Of a DNA stretch of 32,000 nt, positions 1-8,399 are shown piece after piece. A model generated the notes under the pieces. It was not told the origin of the DNA. It saw only the letters and a program-made list of their open reading frames with translations, and ran no database searches. This DNA is from Chthoniobacteraceae bacterium (GTDB lineage Bacteria > Verrucomicrobiota > Verrucomicrobiia > Chthoniobacterales > Chthoniobacteraceae): assembly GCA_044237855.1 (NCBI GenBank), contig JBIIEM010000001.1, forward strand, positions 9,828-41,827, written 5' to 3'. Position numbers and translations under genes: made by a program. Numbering within the stretch: the stretch's first letter is position 1; each line of letters begins with the position of its first letter.

Positions 1-1101
1 GGCTGGCCGCAACAAGGGCGGCGCACTGTAAATGTAGTCGCGCCACGGGCCCGCATCCCCGCCGTGGCCGTCCTCCGCAGCGTGCAGGATGTTCACCATC
101 TCGCGGGCGCTGACGTAGTGGAGCCTGAATCCGCGGTCCCGGGCCATCTGCTCGATCGCGGCATAAAACTCCCGGCGCTCCTCGCCGAGATTCGACCTGT
201 GGCCGAACTCCGGCGCGCCATGCGTGTGCAGTTTGATGAAACACCAACTCTCCGCGCCAGAAACACAAATCCGGCAATCCAGCCACTGCGCCATGCGCGC
301 TGCCGTGGGCGGGTTTTTCGGACCGAGGTCGGAATTCTCGATTCTGGGCAGTATCCCCCACTTGCGGCGCCGCCAGTCCAGCGAAAGCGGGCCCTGCACA
401 ATGAGCAAATGCTCGCTGCTCGGTCGCAACGCACCGGTTCCCTCATGGCCGGAAGACACACGCCGGCCTCGATGGTGGGATTTTCCCTCCGAAGTGCTGC
501 GTGCGTAATAAAGCTGATTTACGATTGGAGCCTGCGTCCGGTGCGGCGCTGAAGGCATGGTGAAATCCGCATAACAGCCGGCCTGCTTCAGAATCGCGAG
601 TTCTCCACGCACGCCGCATCCGCATCCGGAGGGGTCGGAGTCGTCGAGCGCCCAGTTTCCATGAATGAACCCGAACACAGCACTGCCCTGCGGGTCACTG
701 CCCAGCAGCCCATGCCTGCGCAGATCCGTCTTTCCCTGCTCCAGCGTGCGCGCAAGATTCGCGGCAGTGTCGTTGTCGTGATGAAGGTGCACTTCGACTT
801 CGTTCCGCGTCCGTCTGCAAATTTCCGAGAGCGGATCGAGAATGTCCGGATCATACTGCTCGATAGGATAGAAAAAAGTGTGCTTGGCACCCGCGCCCTC
901 GTGGTCGCTGGATGAATCGGTCAACGAAGGCAGCCGCTCGCGCCACTGTGCCAGACGACGCATGGCACCGGTCTTGTCCGTCCGGTGAAGCGGCTCGAAA
1001 TGATCGCAGACGGCCAGCATCACATCGGACACGTGCGTCTTGGGTCGCCTGAAACGCTGCGATATCCACGGCAGCAACCACCGGTCAAGAGCCTTGATCA
1101 T
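1..1101 (-). CDS. Conserved hypothetical protein; the 3' end runs off the left window edge (at least 367 aa). Possibly a metal-dependent carbohydrate esterase/deacetylase-like enzyme, but the function is weakly supported.
   Basis: Absent from the supplied ORF track. Reading plus-strand triplets 1-3, 4-6 ... 1099-1101, I found no tta/cta/tca, so the minus frame is open from ATG (1099-1101) to base 1. An in-frame stop lies upstream at 1141-1143. The translation starts MIKALDRWLLPWISQRFRRPKTHVSDVMLAVCDHFEPLH and carries His/Asp-rich motifs (CDHFEP, VHLHHDND, FIHGNWALDDS, KLHTHGAPE). It looks far more protein-like than the listed overlapping ORFs in other frames. Confidence 0.6.
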   Translation of the reverse strand, partial: MIKALDRWLLPWISQRFRRPKTHVSDVMLAVCDHFEPLHRTDKTGAMRRLAQWRERLPSLTDSSSDHEGAGAKHTFFYPIEQYDPDILDPLSEICRRTRNEVEVHLHHDNDTAANLARTLEQGKTDLRRHGLLGSDPQGSAVFGFIHGNWALDDSDPSGCGCGVRGELAILKQAGCYADFTMPSAPHRTQAPIVNQLYYARSTSEGKSHHRGRRVSSGHEGTGALRPSSEHLLIVQGPLSLDWRRRKWGILPRIENSDLGPKNPPTAARMAQWLDCRICVSGAESWCFIKLHTHGAPEFGHRSNLGEERREFYAAIEQMARDRGFRLHYVSAREMVNILHAAEDGHGGDAGPWRDYIYSAPPLLRPA

Positions 1102-1352
1102 GATGCATCCTGCACTGGCTTCCCATGCCTCTCGCAAGCCTCAATATCGGCAGGATGCCATCGGGAGTCATCCGTTTTCGCGGGATCGACGACAACCGTA
1201 ACTCTGGCGATCCGGTGCTGTTCCGGAGCGCCCTTGTTCGCCGGATCGGCTCCTCTTTCCGGAAGGTCACGCTCCGGAGCGACCATCCTTCGGAAGCATG
1301 AGATCACCGTAGTCGCGCACCGGAAATCGCCCATTCTATTTCCACTTCTCAT
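1098..1352 (-). CDS. Small hypothetical protein (84 aa from the first ATG, shorter if an internal Met is used)
   Basis: Listed ORF. Its TGA (1098-1100) overlaps the ATG (1099-1101) of the downstream edge gene in an ATGA arrangement typical of translational coupling. No domain was recognised and the N-terminus is Arg-rich, so it may be spurious. Confidence 0.3.
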   Translation of the reverse strand: MRSGNRMGDFRCATTVISCFRRMVAPERDLPERGADPANKGAPEQHRIARVTVVVDPAKTDDSRWHPADIEACERHGKPVQDAS

Positions 1353-1568
1353 TCGGTAAAGCCCGATATCCCCACCGGAAACGGATTCCGAATGGCAGAC
1401 GCTCGGCGGGGCTTCGCGGTGGGCTGTATCGCCGCTAGTAAATCGAATGCCCTAATGTCGCACTCAGCAGAGTTGTGCACCGTGAACCTTGCGCCTACAG
1501 CGCGTTTCAGAACGCTTCGGCAGATCCGCACCGAGGGGCAGTGCATTGGATCCGGGGCGTCTTATCCG

Positions 1569-2402
1569 TCACTCCGCAGAATCCCCTGTGCTCCAAACAC
1601 GCTCCAGGTTGCCGTTGACAAACGCCTTCTTGTGCGGGGCGCGCGCGACAGTCAGCAACACGTGGTCAAAAGCCGGACGGAAGCCCATCTTTGCAACCGC
1701 AGCAGCGACGCCGCCCTTCTGAATGTCGCTTTCCCGCCGCTCATCAACCAGTCGGACATCCAGTCGGATATCGCCCGTATGTGCTCCGGAGGCCCTGACG
1801 CCTTCGACCCAGATTACCCTCGGAGCGGCCATGATGCCGTCGGGACGGAGATCTTCGAGGGGCATGGTCCAGATCCGGGATCCGGTTTTCTGCGAGTCCA
1901 GCAGGAGCTTGGAACGCTTGGAGTCCGCCCAGACGCGAATGTGTCCCATGCTGGCGATTTCTTCCCTCAAACTGCCGAAGTCGCCCGAAGCAACACTGCG
2001 GTTGATGCCGATCACTTCGAGTTCGATGCGAGTCCTGGCGTTCAGGGCGACCTTGTGAGGGCTGAGGCGAATGACCATTTGGGTCAATTCCCCGACGCCA
2101 ACCACCAGGCCCGGGGGAATCTCCTGAATCTCTCCGCTGTCGTTCCGATCGGAATTTGAAACGACGCCATCATAATTGAAGTCGCCATCGAGATCCAGTT
2201 TCGCCAGTTTCCCCTGATAGCGATGGGCATGGCTTTCATTAGGCAAATCACGTTTCGTTTTCTGAAATACGCCGTTGACGGCCGAAAGCGGAATTCCAGC
2301 CTTGTTGTCACCTGCGAAGCAGAAACTGGAAGCCGCAAAGCACACAGCGAAGATCAAAGCACCCGATTGAGCCGCGAGTAGATTCTTTTTTGAAGTCAGC
2401 AT
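1569..2402 (-). CDS. Secreted hypothetical protein with an Asp-rich DxDxDG-like motif
   Basis: Track ORF 1569..2474, trimmed to ATG 2400-2402 because MLTSKKNLLAAQSGALIFAVCFAASSFCFAGD is a classic signal peptide (basic n-region, hydrophobic core). The mature part contains DLDGDFNYDGVVSNSD. No family was recognised. Confidence 0.65.
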   Translation of the reverse strand: MLTSKKNLLAAQSGALIFAVCFAASSFCFAGDNKAGIPLSAVNGVFQKTKRDLPNESHAHRYQGKLAKLDLDGDFNYDGVVSNSDRNDSGEIQEIPPGLVVGVGELTQMVIRLSPHKVALNARTRIELEVIGINRSVASGDFGSLREEIASMGHIRVWADSKRSKLLLDSQKTGSRIWTMPLEDLRPDGIMAAPRVIWVEGVRASGAHTGDIRLDVRLVDERRESDIQKGGVAAAVAKMGFRPAFDHVLLTVARAPHKKAFVNGNLERVWSTGDSAE

Positions 2403-2744
2403 ATTTGATTGGATTTGGGGAAGTCTAGGCAACTTCGAACAACGTGTCCAGCGAATTGGAGCGGAATATTGCAATTTTCTTTCTTCAGAGCGGACGACGG
2501 CCCGCCAGAGCGTGGATTCGGTCTCGTCCAGTGAAAATTGTGATCATGATTCGCCCGCATTTTGTCGTCACGGGGGTCGAAAGTTTCCGGGTGCGACCGT
2601 CGGGTTGTCGGTCGGACTCCATTCTCGCACCCACCATTCAAAATCGTTCACCGTGCGTTCCGCATGACGAGCGTTCGGACTCCCGATCTCGTGTTTCCGC
2701 GCTTTCAAATCATGACGGATTAATCCTGAAAACGGCGATGAGAT

Positions 2745-2903
2745 TTACCACGGATTACACAGATGCCACGGATGAAGAAGATTAGGCCGGCGGATGGGCG
2801 AAAACCCGTTCACCCACGGGGTGAGCACCCCATCGGCGGCAAGTCCCTTCCTATCCGTGCCATCCGTGTCATCCGTGTCATCCGTGTCATCCGTGGTTTC
2901 CAT
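2745..2903. repeat. Long imperfect palindrome built from inverted arrays of a 9-bp unit (CACGGATGA / TCATCCGTG)
   Basis: Three units on the plus strand at 2749-2775 (cacggatta cacagatgc cacggatga). Five units of the reverse complement at 2851-2895 (ctatccgtg ccatccgtg tcatccgtg x3). The roughly 75-bp spacer contains its own inverted pair, ccggcggatggg (2787-2798) / cccatcggcgg (2829-2839). Confidence 0.85.
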
Positions 2904-3073
2904 TCCTGCTTTTAGGTTAATGCGACGGTCATCCCACCAAAGAAGGGGAGCACAACGAACGATCCGACGCGTGTGAACCCTTGCCGGTTGAGACAATCAC
3001 TGGAAAAGGTGAAACGCCACGGGAGCCGACTGGCAGCGGGATGATGCGACGGTGCGGGAATGGACGCGTTCTC

Positions 3074-4426
3074 TCACCAGCAGCTCTGGTGGATGAGATC
3101 GGCGGAAAACAAATCCGGCCAGCGCTGGTGCAGAGCCGTGTAGCATGGTGCGAGGCGCGCGCGATCCTCCTCAAGCGCGAGCTTCGGATGCGGCCTCCAC
3201 ATGGGCATGGCAACGTCCACGGTCCACGGCCGGCCTTTGGCGAGATCGTGCGTCCGGAGTTGGGCGTTGAGCTTGCGCACGGATTCAAAGCAGGAGAGAC
3301 GCTGCACGGCGAACTCCCGCACTCGCGTCTTGTCGCTGCGCTGGATCAAGGCCTGGAGTTGCGCTGCGAGGTGGCGTGGATGCAACAACGCGCCCCTGTC
3401 CTCGGTGACGTACGCACGCGGTCCGACATGCGCGTCGTAACGCATCGCCAGCGCAGCCCCGGCCATCATGCCTTCCGCGGCGGCGACGCAGCAGCCTTCG
3501 CGGCGGCTGAGGATCAGGGCGACCTTCGCGCGTGATTGAAGGTCGGCGACCTGATCGATGGGCAGGCTCTGCCGGTAGTCGATCTGCTGCGGCGCGCCGA
3601 GTTTGCGTTGCAAGGCCCGGATGTCGTCGAGCGTGTAACCGGATTCGGGCTGCCCGATGCACACGACGCGCAATCCTGCAGGCATCGCACGCAGCGCGTT
3701 GAAAAATTCCCAGTGCCGTTTGAACGGTGCCCAGTTCGACACCATGACGATGTCTATGTCGCGATCCTGCGGCGCACGCGGCTGATAGGAGTCGGGATGC
3801 AACCAGTCGCACGGCAGCGTTTCCAAGCAGCGCAGCCGTGGATGGAATGCCTGAATCTTCGCGACTTCATCGTAGTTGCATGCCTGTACAAAAAGGGTAT
3901 CGGACGCCTGCGCGGCAGCCAGTGCGAGAATGTGATACCCGGTGGGCGACCAGCTCGTGGAGAGCACAAGATGAAACTCCGCGCACAATGCTTCGAAGCG
4001 CCCGGGATCGGCGACGAGGCGGAACCAATTATATTCGAACGTCGAAAGGATGACGCCTTTCTCCCCGTTGGCCCCTGGCGCCTTCAAGACAACGGACCTG
4101 CTGAGCGCGGGCTGGCTCCGCAATATCCCCCCGTAGCGCACGGCACCGGGTGCGCGCTGCCATTCGAGCGCACGCGTTCCGTGTTTTTTGAGATGATGCT
4201 GCACGCGATCCGCCAGCCACGGCCACATGCGAGCGTGCTCACACGACTGATAAGCGCGGCAAAGCCAATCGAGCCGGGCGGCAGGATGTGCGGGAAGCTG
4301 GCTCCTCATCCACCAACTCAGACCGCGCAGCGTGCGCAGCACACGGCTGTAGTGCAGCGTCTCCACGACGCGGGCACGGGCGATGAACAGGGACCGGGAG
4401 ACCATTGCCTTTAGATGGTGCGACAC
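3074..4426 (-). CDS. Glycosyltransferase, divergent GT-B fold (Glycos_transf_1-like)
   Basis: 450-aa ORF (GTG 4424-4426, first ATG 4403-4405). The C-terminal half shows a GT-B donor-binding-like pattern: KVALILSRREGCCVAAAEGMMAGAALAM ... EDRGALL. It lies 31 nt downstream of the co-oriented methyltransferase gene. Confidence 0.65.
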   Translation of the reverse strand: MSHHLKAMVSRSLFIARARVVETLHYSRVLRTLRGLSWWMRSQLPAHPAARLDWLCRAYQSCEHARMWPWLADRVQHHLKKHGTRALEWQRAPGAVRYGGILRSQPALSRSVVLKAPGANGEKGVILSTFEYNWFRLVADPGRFEALCAEFHLVLSTSWSPTGYHILALAAAQASDTLFVQACNYDEVAKIQAFHPRLRCLETLPCDWLHPDSYQPRAPQDRDIDIVMVSNWAPFKRHWEFFNALRAMPAGLRVVCIGQPESGYTLDDIRALQRKLGAPQQIDYRQSLPIDQVADLQSRAKVALILSRREGCCVAAAEGMMAGAALAMRYDAHVGPRAYVTEDRGALLHPRHLAAQLQALIQRSDKTRVREFAVQRLSCFESVRKLNAQLRTHDLAKGRPWTVDVAMPMWRPHPKLALEEDRARLAPCYTALHQRWPDLFSADLIHQSCW

Positions 4427-4457
4427 ATTGGGATGTCAATCGCCGGCCCCCAACCGA

Positions 4458-5276
4458 TCAGCGATCCGCTCGACGGAACACGGTGACAATGTCCTGATAG
4501 AGTCCGGCCTGATGCGTGACGTCGCCATCCTGCCATTCCTTGAACGAAGCAACGATTTGGAAGCCGCGCTGCTTGAGCAGATCGAGCATTCCTTCGTGTG
4601 TGAGATTGCTGCGCCAGCCGCCGAGCGTGCCGCCGACGCTCCCGTGATGAATGATGCCGACAGCGCCCGGTCGCATCACGCGGAGGAACTCATCGGCGTA
4701 GCACTCGACTTCCTTGCGGTTGATGTGGACGAAGACGTCGAAGCTCCAGAGCGCATCCACTGATGCGTCGGGCACGCCCGCGAGATCATTGCCCGAACCG
4801 ACGATGAATCGGGCTCGGGGTGAAGAGGCGAATTTTTTCTGACACAGCTCGACGCAGGATTCGGAAATATCGACGGCGAGAAAATCCGCGGCTCGCTCGA
4901 TGAGGTGCCCCGTCCAACGCCCTCCGCCGGGCCCGATCTCGAGCACACTGCTGTTGGAGGGGACGTGCTTCTCCAGAATGCAGCGGATGACGGACGCCTT
5001 CCACGCCTCGGAAGGCGTCCACTCCTCGCCGCCGGCCTTCCAGTCCCATGCCTCCCAGATGGCCTTGTTGAGCGCGCGGCTGTTCAAGCCCGGGATCCCC
5101 TTTTTTTTCCTCCGCGCATCCATCGCGGCGAAGGCGCGCTGGCTGATGGTGCTGGCGGTGTAGTAGATGCCGAGCAAGGCAGACCACAGGATGCCATTTT
5201 CGCGCAGCACGATGCCGGCGATCTTGAGCTTTTTCGCCAAAGTGATTCGGCGGCGGTTTTCGACGAGGTCTTTCAT
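4458..5276 (-). CDS. Class I SAM-dependent methyltransferase with an N-terminal hydrophobic segment
   Basis: Motif I/post-I is VLEIGPGGGRWTGHLIERAADFLAVDIS, followed by ALWSFDVFVHI and MRPGAVGIIHH. It contains an A8 tract (plus-strand T8 at 5101-5108) near codon 57. Confidence 0.85.
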   Translation of the reverse strand: MKDLVENRRRITLAKKLKIAGIVLRENGILWSALLGIYYTASTISQRAFAAMDARRKKKGIPGLNSRALNKAIWEAWDWKAGGEEWTPSEAWKASVIRCILEKHVPSNSSVLEIGPGGGRWTGHLIERAADFLAVDISESCVELCQKKFASSPRARFIVGSGNDLAGVPDASVDALWSFDVFVHINRKEVECYADEFLRVMRPGAVGIIHHGSVGGTLGGWRSNLTHEGMLDLLKQRGFQIVASFKEWQDGDVTHQAGLYQDIVTVFRRADR

Positions 5277-5594
5277 GATTCGAGGGCAGCGCCACCAAGC
5301 GGTGGCTGAGCGCCGGGGGTTCTTGCCAGAGAATGCGCACCGGTCAATCAGACAAGTGATACCAGCGACAAAAATGGGACGGACTCGCGAACACGCTGCG
5401 GGCGGTCCCTCACAGCCTCCCCCCGATTCCTGTGCTCACCTTGGCGATGCCAGCCGCCTTCGTTTACAAAAACATGTCGGGAACCACGGCGAACGAAAAC
5501 AGATGCAGGGCTTCGCTTCCGAGTTCGGAGGAACATTGAGATCCAGAGCGCGGAGCGGCCTCTGGGGCTGAGATTTCGTTCGCGCCGCACTGAA

Positions 5595-6410
5595 TCACGG
5601 ATCTGTCGGCTCCATGAAGAGCCAGTCCTGTAATCCGCGCCGGTCTTCGCCGACAAGAGCCTCGATCTCGGAAAACAACAAATTCCGCAGCACCGGGTAG
5701 CGCGCGTAATCCAGTCCTGCATTCGTGATCTGCTCGATGCGATGCGTCCCGGTGAAGCGGCTGCGGATCAAGTCCGTCAGCCCGGCTTCCATGCAGTCGT
5801 GGAGTTCCACGAGGATGTCCACGCCCGTCAGCCATGGCACCTTCAACGGATCAAGCACGGCCCTCTCCCCCGTATCAATGTCCATCCACACGAGTGCCGG
5901 TTTCCCAGGGTCGAGCGCGTCCAGCGCCTCCGTCGTGCATGTGCCGCGAGTTTCAATGCGCGCATCCACGCCATTCAATCGCGCAAGCACCGCGCAGAAT
6001 GCAGTATCCGGGTCCTTCGCCTCAAACGAAACGACCTTCGCCCCGGGGAACAGCCTGGCGAGACCCACCGAATAATATCCCTCAGCCGCGCCGATATTCA
6101 CGATGGTCTTGTACTTTTTCGAGGAGGCGAGCTGCGCGATCAGCCGGTGCAGTTCGTGCTCGTAGGTGCCGTGGATTTTTTCGAAGCGACACGATGCCCA
6201 TTGTTCGCGTGGAGGATATTTCATGCCGCGAAACGGCCCATTGATGACCTCATCCCCATACAGTCCCGCCGCACGCAGCCCCGTCTCGAGCCGACGCCTC
6301 GTAACACGACGCTGCTGATATGCCAGAAAGGAAACAATCCGCGCCGCAAGTCCCCACCGGAGCACGGCGAGCGAGCATCTGTCGAGAATTCCACGAACCA
6401 CTTTTTTCAT
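5595..6410 (-). CDS. SAM-dependent methyltransferase (FkbM-like)
   Basis: TIVNIGAAEGYYSVGLARLFPGAKVVSFEA resembles motif I/post-I. The start is trimmed to ATG 6408-6410 (MKKVVRG...). The track start at 6560 reads through the promoter-region tandem repeat. Confidence 0.75.
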   Translation of the reverse strand: MKKVVRGILDRCSLAVLRWGLAARIVSFLAYQQRRVTRRRLETGLRAAGLYGDEVINGPFRGMKYPPREQWASCRFEKIHGTYEHELHRLIAQLASSKKYKTIVNIGAAEGYYSVGLARLFPGAKVVSFEAKDPDTAFCAVLARLNGVDARIETRGTCTTEALDALDPGKPALVWMDIDTGERAVLDPLKVPWLTGVDILVELHDCMEAGLTDLIRSRFTGTHRIEQITNAGLDYARYPVLRNLLFSEIEALVGEDRRGLQDWLFMEPTDP

Positions 6411-6515
6411 TCCGCGATCGATGCAAGCAAGGCTAGCAAAAAGCAAGGCAGAACATCGTGATGCGGGTCTGGCGTAATCGCAGCCGCAAGAAAATTCAGC
6501 AGCAACCCGGCTGAT

Positions 6516-6541
6516 GCCACGACAGACTGCCACGACAGACT
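6516..6541. repeat. Perfect tandem duplication of a 13-bp unit (gccacgacagact x2) in a divergent intergenic region
   Basis: Read directly: 6516-6528 and 6529-6541 are identical. They lie between the divergently transcribed methyltransferase genes (starts at 6410 on the minus strand and 6604 on the plus strand). Confidence 0.9.
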
Positions 6542-6603
6542 GACAACGCTTGGATAACAAAGTGGCGTTTCACGCCGCCGTCGCCAAGCGCGAGCGTGCA
6601 GAC

Positions 6604-7116
6604 ATGAAGTTCACGCCTCAGGAACTGGTGGACCGCTACCGGACGTGCGACCGCTGGCGCACGCGCTACCCTGAGTGCGTCATTCGCTTTCTCACCCTCC
6701 ACAGGCCCCGGCACATCTGTGACTTCGGCTGCGGAAGCGGCGAGATGGCTTGCCGCGTCGGCCGTCTCGGCTACCGCATCACCGGTCTCGATGTCTCGTC
6801 CGATCTCATCAGTGTCGCGCGCGAACGCGCTGTGCTCGAAGGCGTTTCTGAAAACGTGAAGTTCATGGTCGCGTATGGGGCCAACGTGAACATCAGCGAC
6901 GGAACCTTCGCTGCCATGCTCGCCATGTCTGTCGTGCATCACATGCCAGTTGGCGATGCCATTGATGCGATCGATCGCGTGCTGTGTCCCGGCGGGCGCG
7001 TGGCATTTCTGGAGCCTGTGGCCTACCATAAGATGTTACAATGGATTCGCGGACACTCTCTTCGGATGAAGGACACAAGCCATGACGAGCGTCAACTCAG
7101 CGCCGATGAAGTATGA
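6604..7116 (+). CDS. Class I SAM-dependent methyltransferase, apparently truncated by an in-frame TGA (C-terminal region decayed)
   Basis: Motifs are HICDFGCGSGEMACRVGRLGYRITGLDVS (motif I), AMLAMSVVHHM and LCPGGRVAFLEP. ATG 6604-6606 is preferred over the track's TTG at 6550. Protein-like sequence continues past the stop (see the finding at 7108-7312). Confidence 0.7.
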   Translation: MKFTPQELVDRYRTCDRWRTRYPECVIRFLTLHRPRHICDFGCGSGEMACRVGRLGYRITGLDVSSDLISVARERAVLEGVSENVKFMVAYGANVNISDGTFAAMLAMSVVHHMPVGDAIDAIDRVLCPGGRVAFLEPVAYHKMLQWIRGHSLRMKDTSHDERQLSADEV

Positions 7117-7614
7117 ACCATTGGAGAGCGCTTCCTCATCGAAGAGCAGCGTCACTTTTATCTGCTCTCACGATTGCGGCGCGTGTTGCCCGGGTCTTAG
7201 TATTCCCGCGCGGAACCCCTGCTCGGCTGGCTCGACCAAATACTCCTCAGCATCCCGGGGGGCAAGACATTTCGCCGGCGTGATCAGCATCCTCGCGCGG
7301 TCGCGCAAGTGAACCGCTTCACGTTGCTCAGGCAGAACTTCACGTTGGCACCGGAAAGAGCGTGGCCGGTCAGTGCGGCGCCCAAAGTCGGAGAGTGAGG
7401 ACGGGGAACTGGGCCCTGGGCCGCCATGTGGATACTCGCGAGGCGCGGAACGGGAAAGTCTTGCGATGGTGGCCATGTGAATCTTTGTCTCGGAAGCTGC
7501 GGTCTGCACGAATTCCCAATCCTTCTCTCGTCCGGCGCATATTCGGTGGAGCTCGGACTTAATTTGTCACCAAAGTTGGAAATCGTTTGATACGGCACCG
7601 GAAAATCCCTTTTA

Positions 7615-8340
7615 ATGTGTCGGATGTCTTCTCTTGGCCGGATCTTTTTGTCGAAGAAATTTCACGAACGCATGCAGGTGGATCGCTATCCGATCCTGCG
7701 CTTCATCCGTGCCGAGGCCCTTCCCATGATGTCTCCGGGGGTGAAGGTTCTCGATGCAGGCTCCGGCCGATTGCCGGAGCAACTGATGCGCGACGAGATT
7801 TTGGCGACCGGCGCGACATTGCATACCCTCGATTTTTGCGCCGGCGTCGGCGTGGACCATGTCGGTGACGTTTCAGCCATGCCGTTTGAAACAGGCACCT
7901 ACGACATCGTCCTGTGCATGCAGGTGCTCGAGCACGTCACAGACCCCGCCAAAGTATGCGGTGAGCTGGCCCGCGTGATCAAACCCGGCGGGCATGTCTT
8001 CGTCACCGCTCCACAGTCCTCGCCGATTCACAACGAACCGTGGAACTTTTTCAACTTCACGCGCATCGGTCTCGAACTTCTCTTCAAGAATGCGGGCCTC
8101 ACCGTGATCAAGCAGGAGGCACAAGGCGGGCATTTTGCATTGCTCGCCTTCGAGCTGCACTGGACCGCGCGGCTGATCGAGCGCGGGAGCCTGCCAAAGA
8201 TCGTGAAACTGCCGCTCCTGCTGCTCACCAAGATCGTCTTCGGCTTTGTGGTGAAGATCATCCTGCTGGCGTTGGACCGGTGGGACACCAAGCGCTTGAA
8301 CACCCAAGGATGGAACTTTCATGGACAGAAGCCGGCATGA
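7615..8340 (+). CDS. Class I SAM-dependent methyltransferase (Methyltransf_11-like) with a hydrophobic C-terminal tail
   Basis: Motifs are VKVLDAGSG and YDIVLCMQVLEHVTDPAKVCGELARVIKPGGHVFVT. The C-terminal LPLLLLTKIVFGFVVKIILLAL looks like a membrane anchor. Confidence 0.85.
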   Translation: MCRMSSLGRIFLSKKFHERMQVDRYPILRFIRAEALPMMSPGVKVLDAGSGRLPEQLMRDEILATGATLHTLDFCAGVGVDHVGDVSAMPFETGTYDIVLCMQVLEHVTDPAKVCGELARVIKPGGHVFVTAPQSSPIHNEPWNFFNFTRIGLELLFKNAGLTVIKQEAQGGHFALLAFELHWTARLIERGSLPKIVKLPLLLLTKIVFGFVVKIILLALDRWDTKRLNTQGWNFHGQKPA

Positions 8341-8399
8341 GCATCATCAGTGCTCCCACTCATCACTGCTAACTACAGGGCCGGTCGCCAGGCACTTCA

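Noticed and set aside
2851-2895. Possible CRISPR arrays (the 9-bp units here, the 7-bp units at 31936-32000).
   Set aside because: The units are contiguous with no spacers and are far shorter than CRISPR repeats. No cas genes are present.
3536-4414. Long plus-strand ORF (292 aa) antisense to the glycosyltransferase gene. Similar cases: 5742..6461, 10359..11180, 14132..14857, 14587..15465, 16567..17520, 20933..21703, 21725..22480, 27237..28322 and 29445..30689.
   Set aside because: All lie fully inside stronger opposite-strand genes that carry recognisable motifs. Their translations are Arg/Ala/Pro/Gly-rich with no motifs, the usual shadow ORFs of GC-rich DNA.
7114-7116. In-frame TGA as selenocysteine or programmed readthrough in the methyltransferase.
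   Set aside because: A second in-frame stop (TAG 7198-7200) and a frameshift follow. No SECIS-like hairpin was seen immediately downstream. Decay is the simpler explanation.
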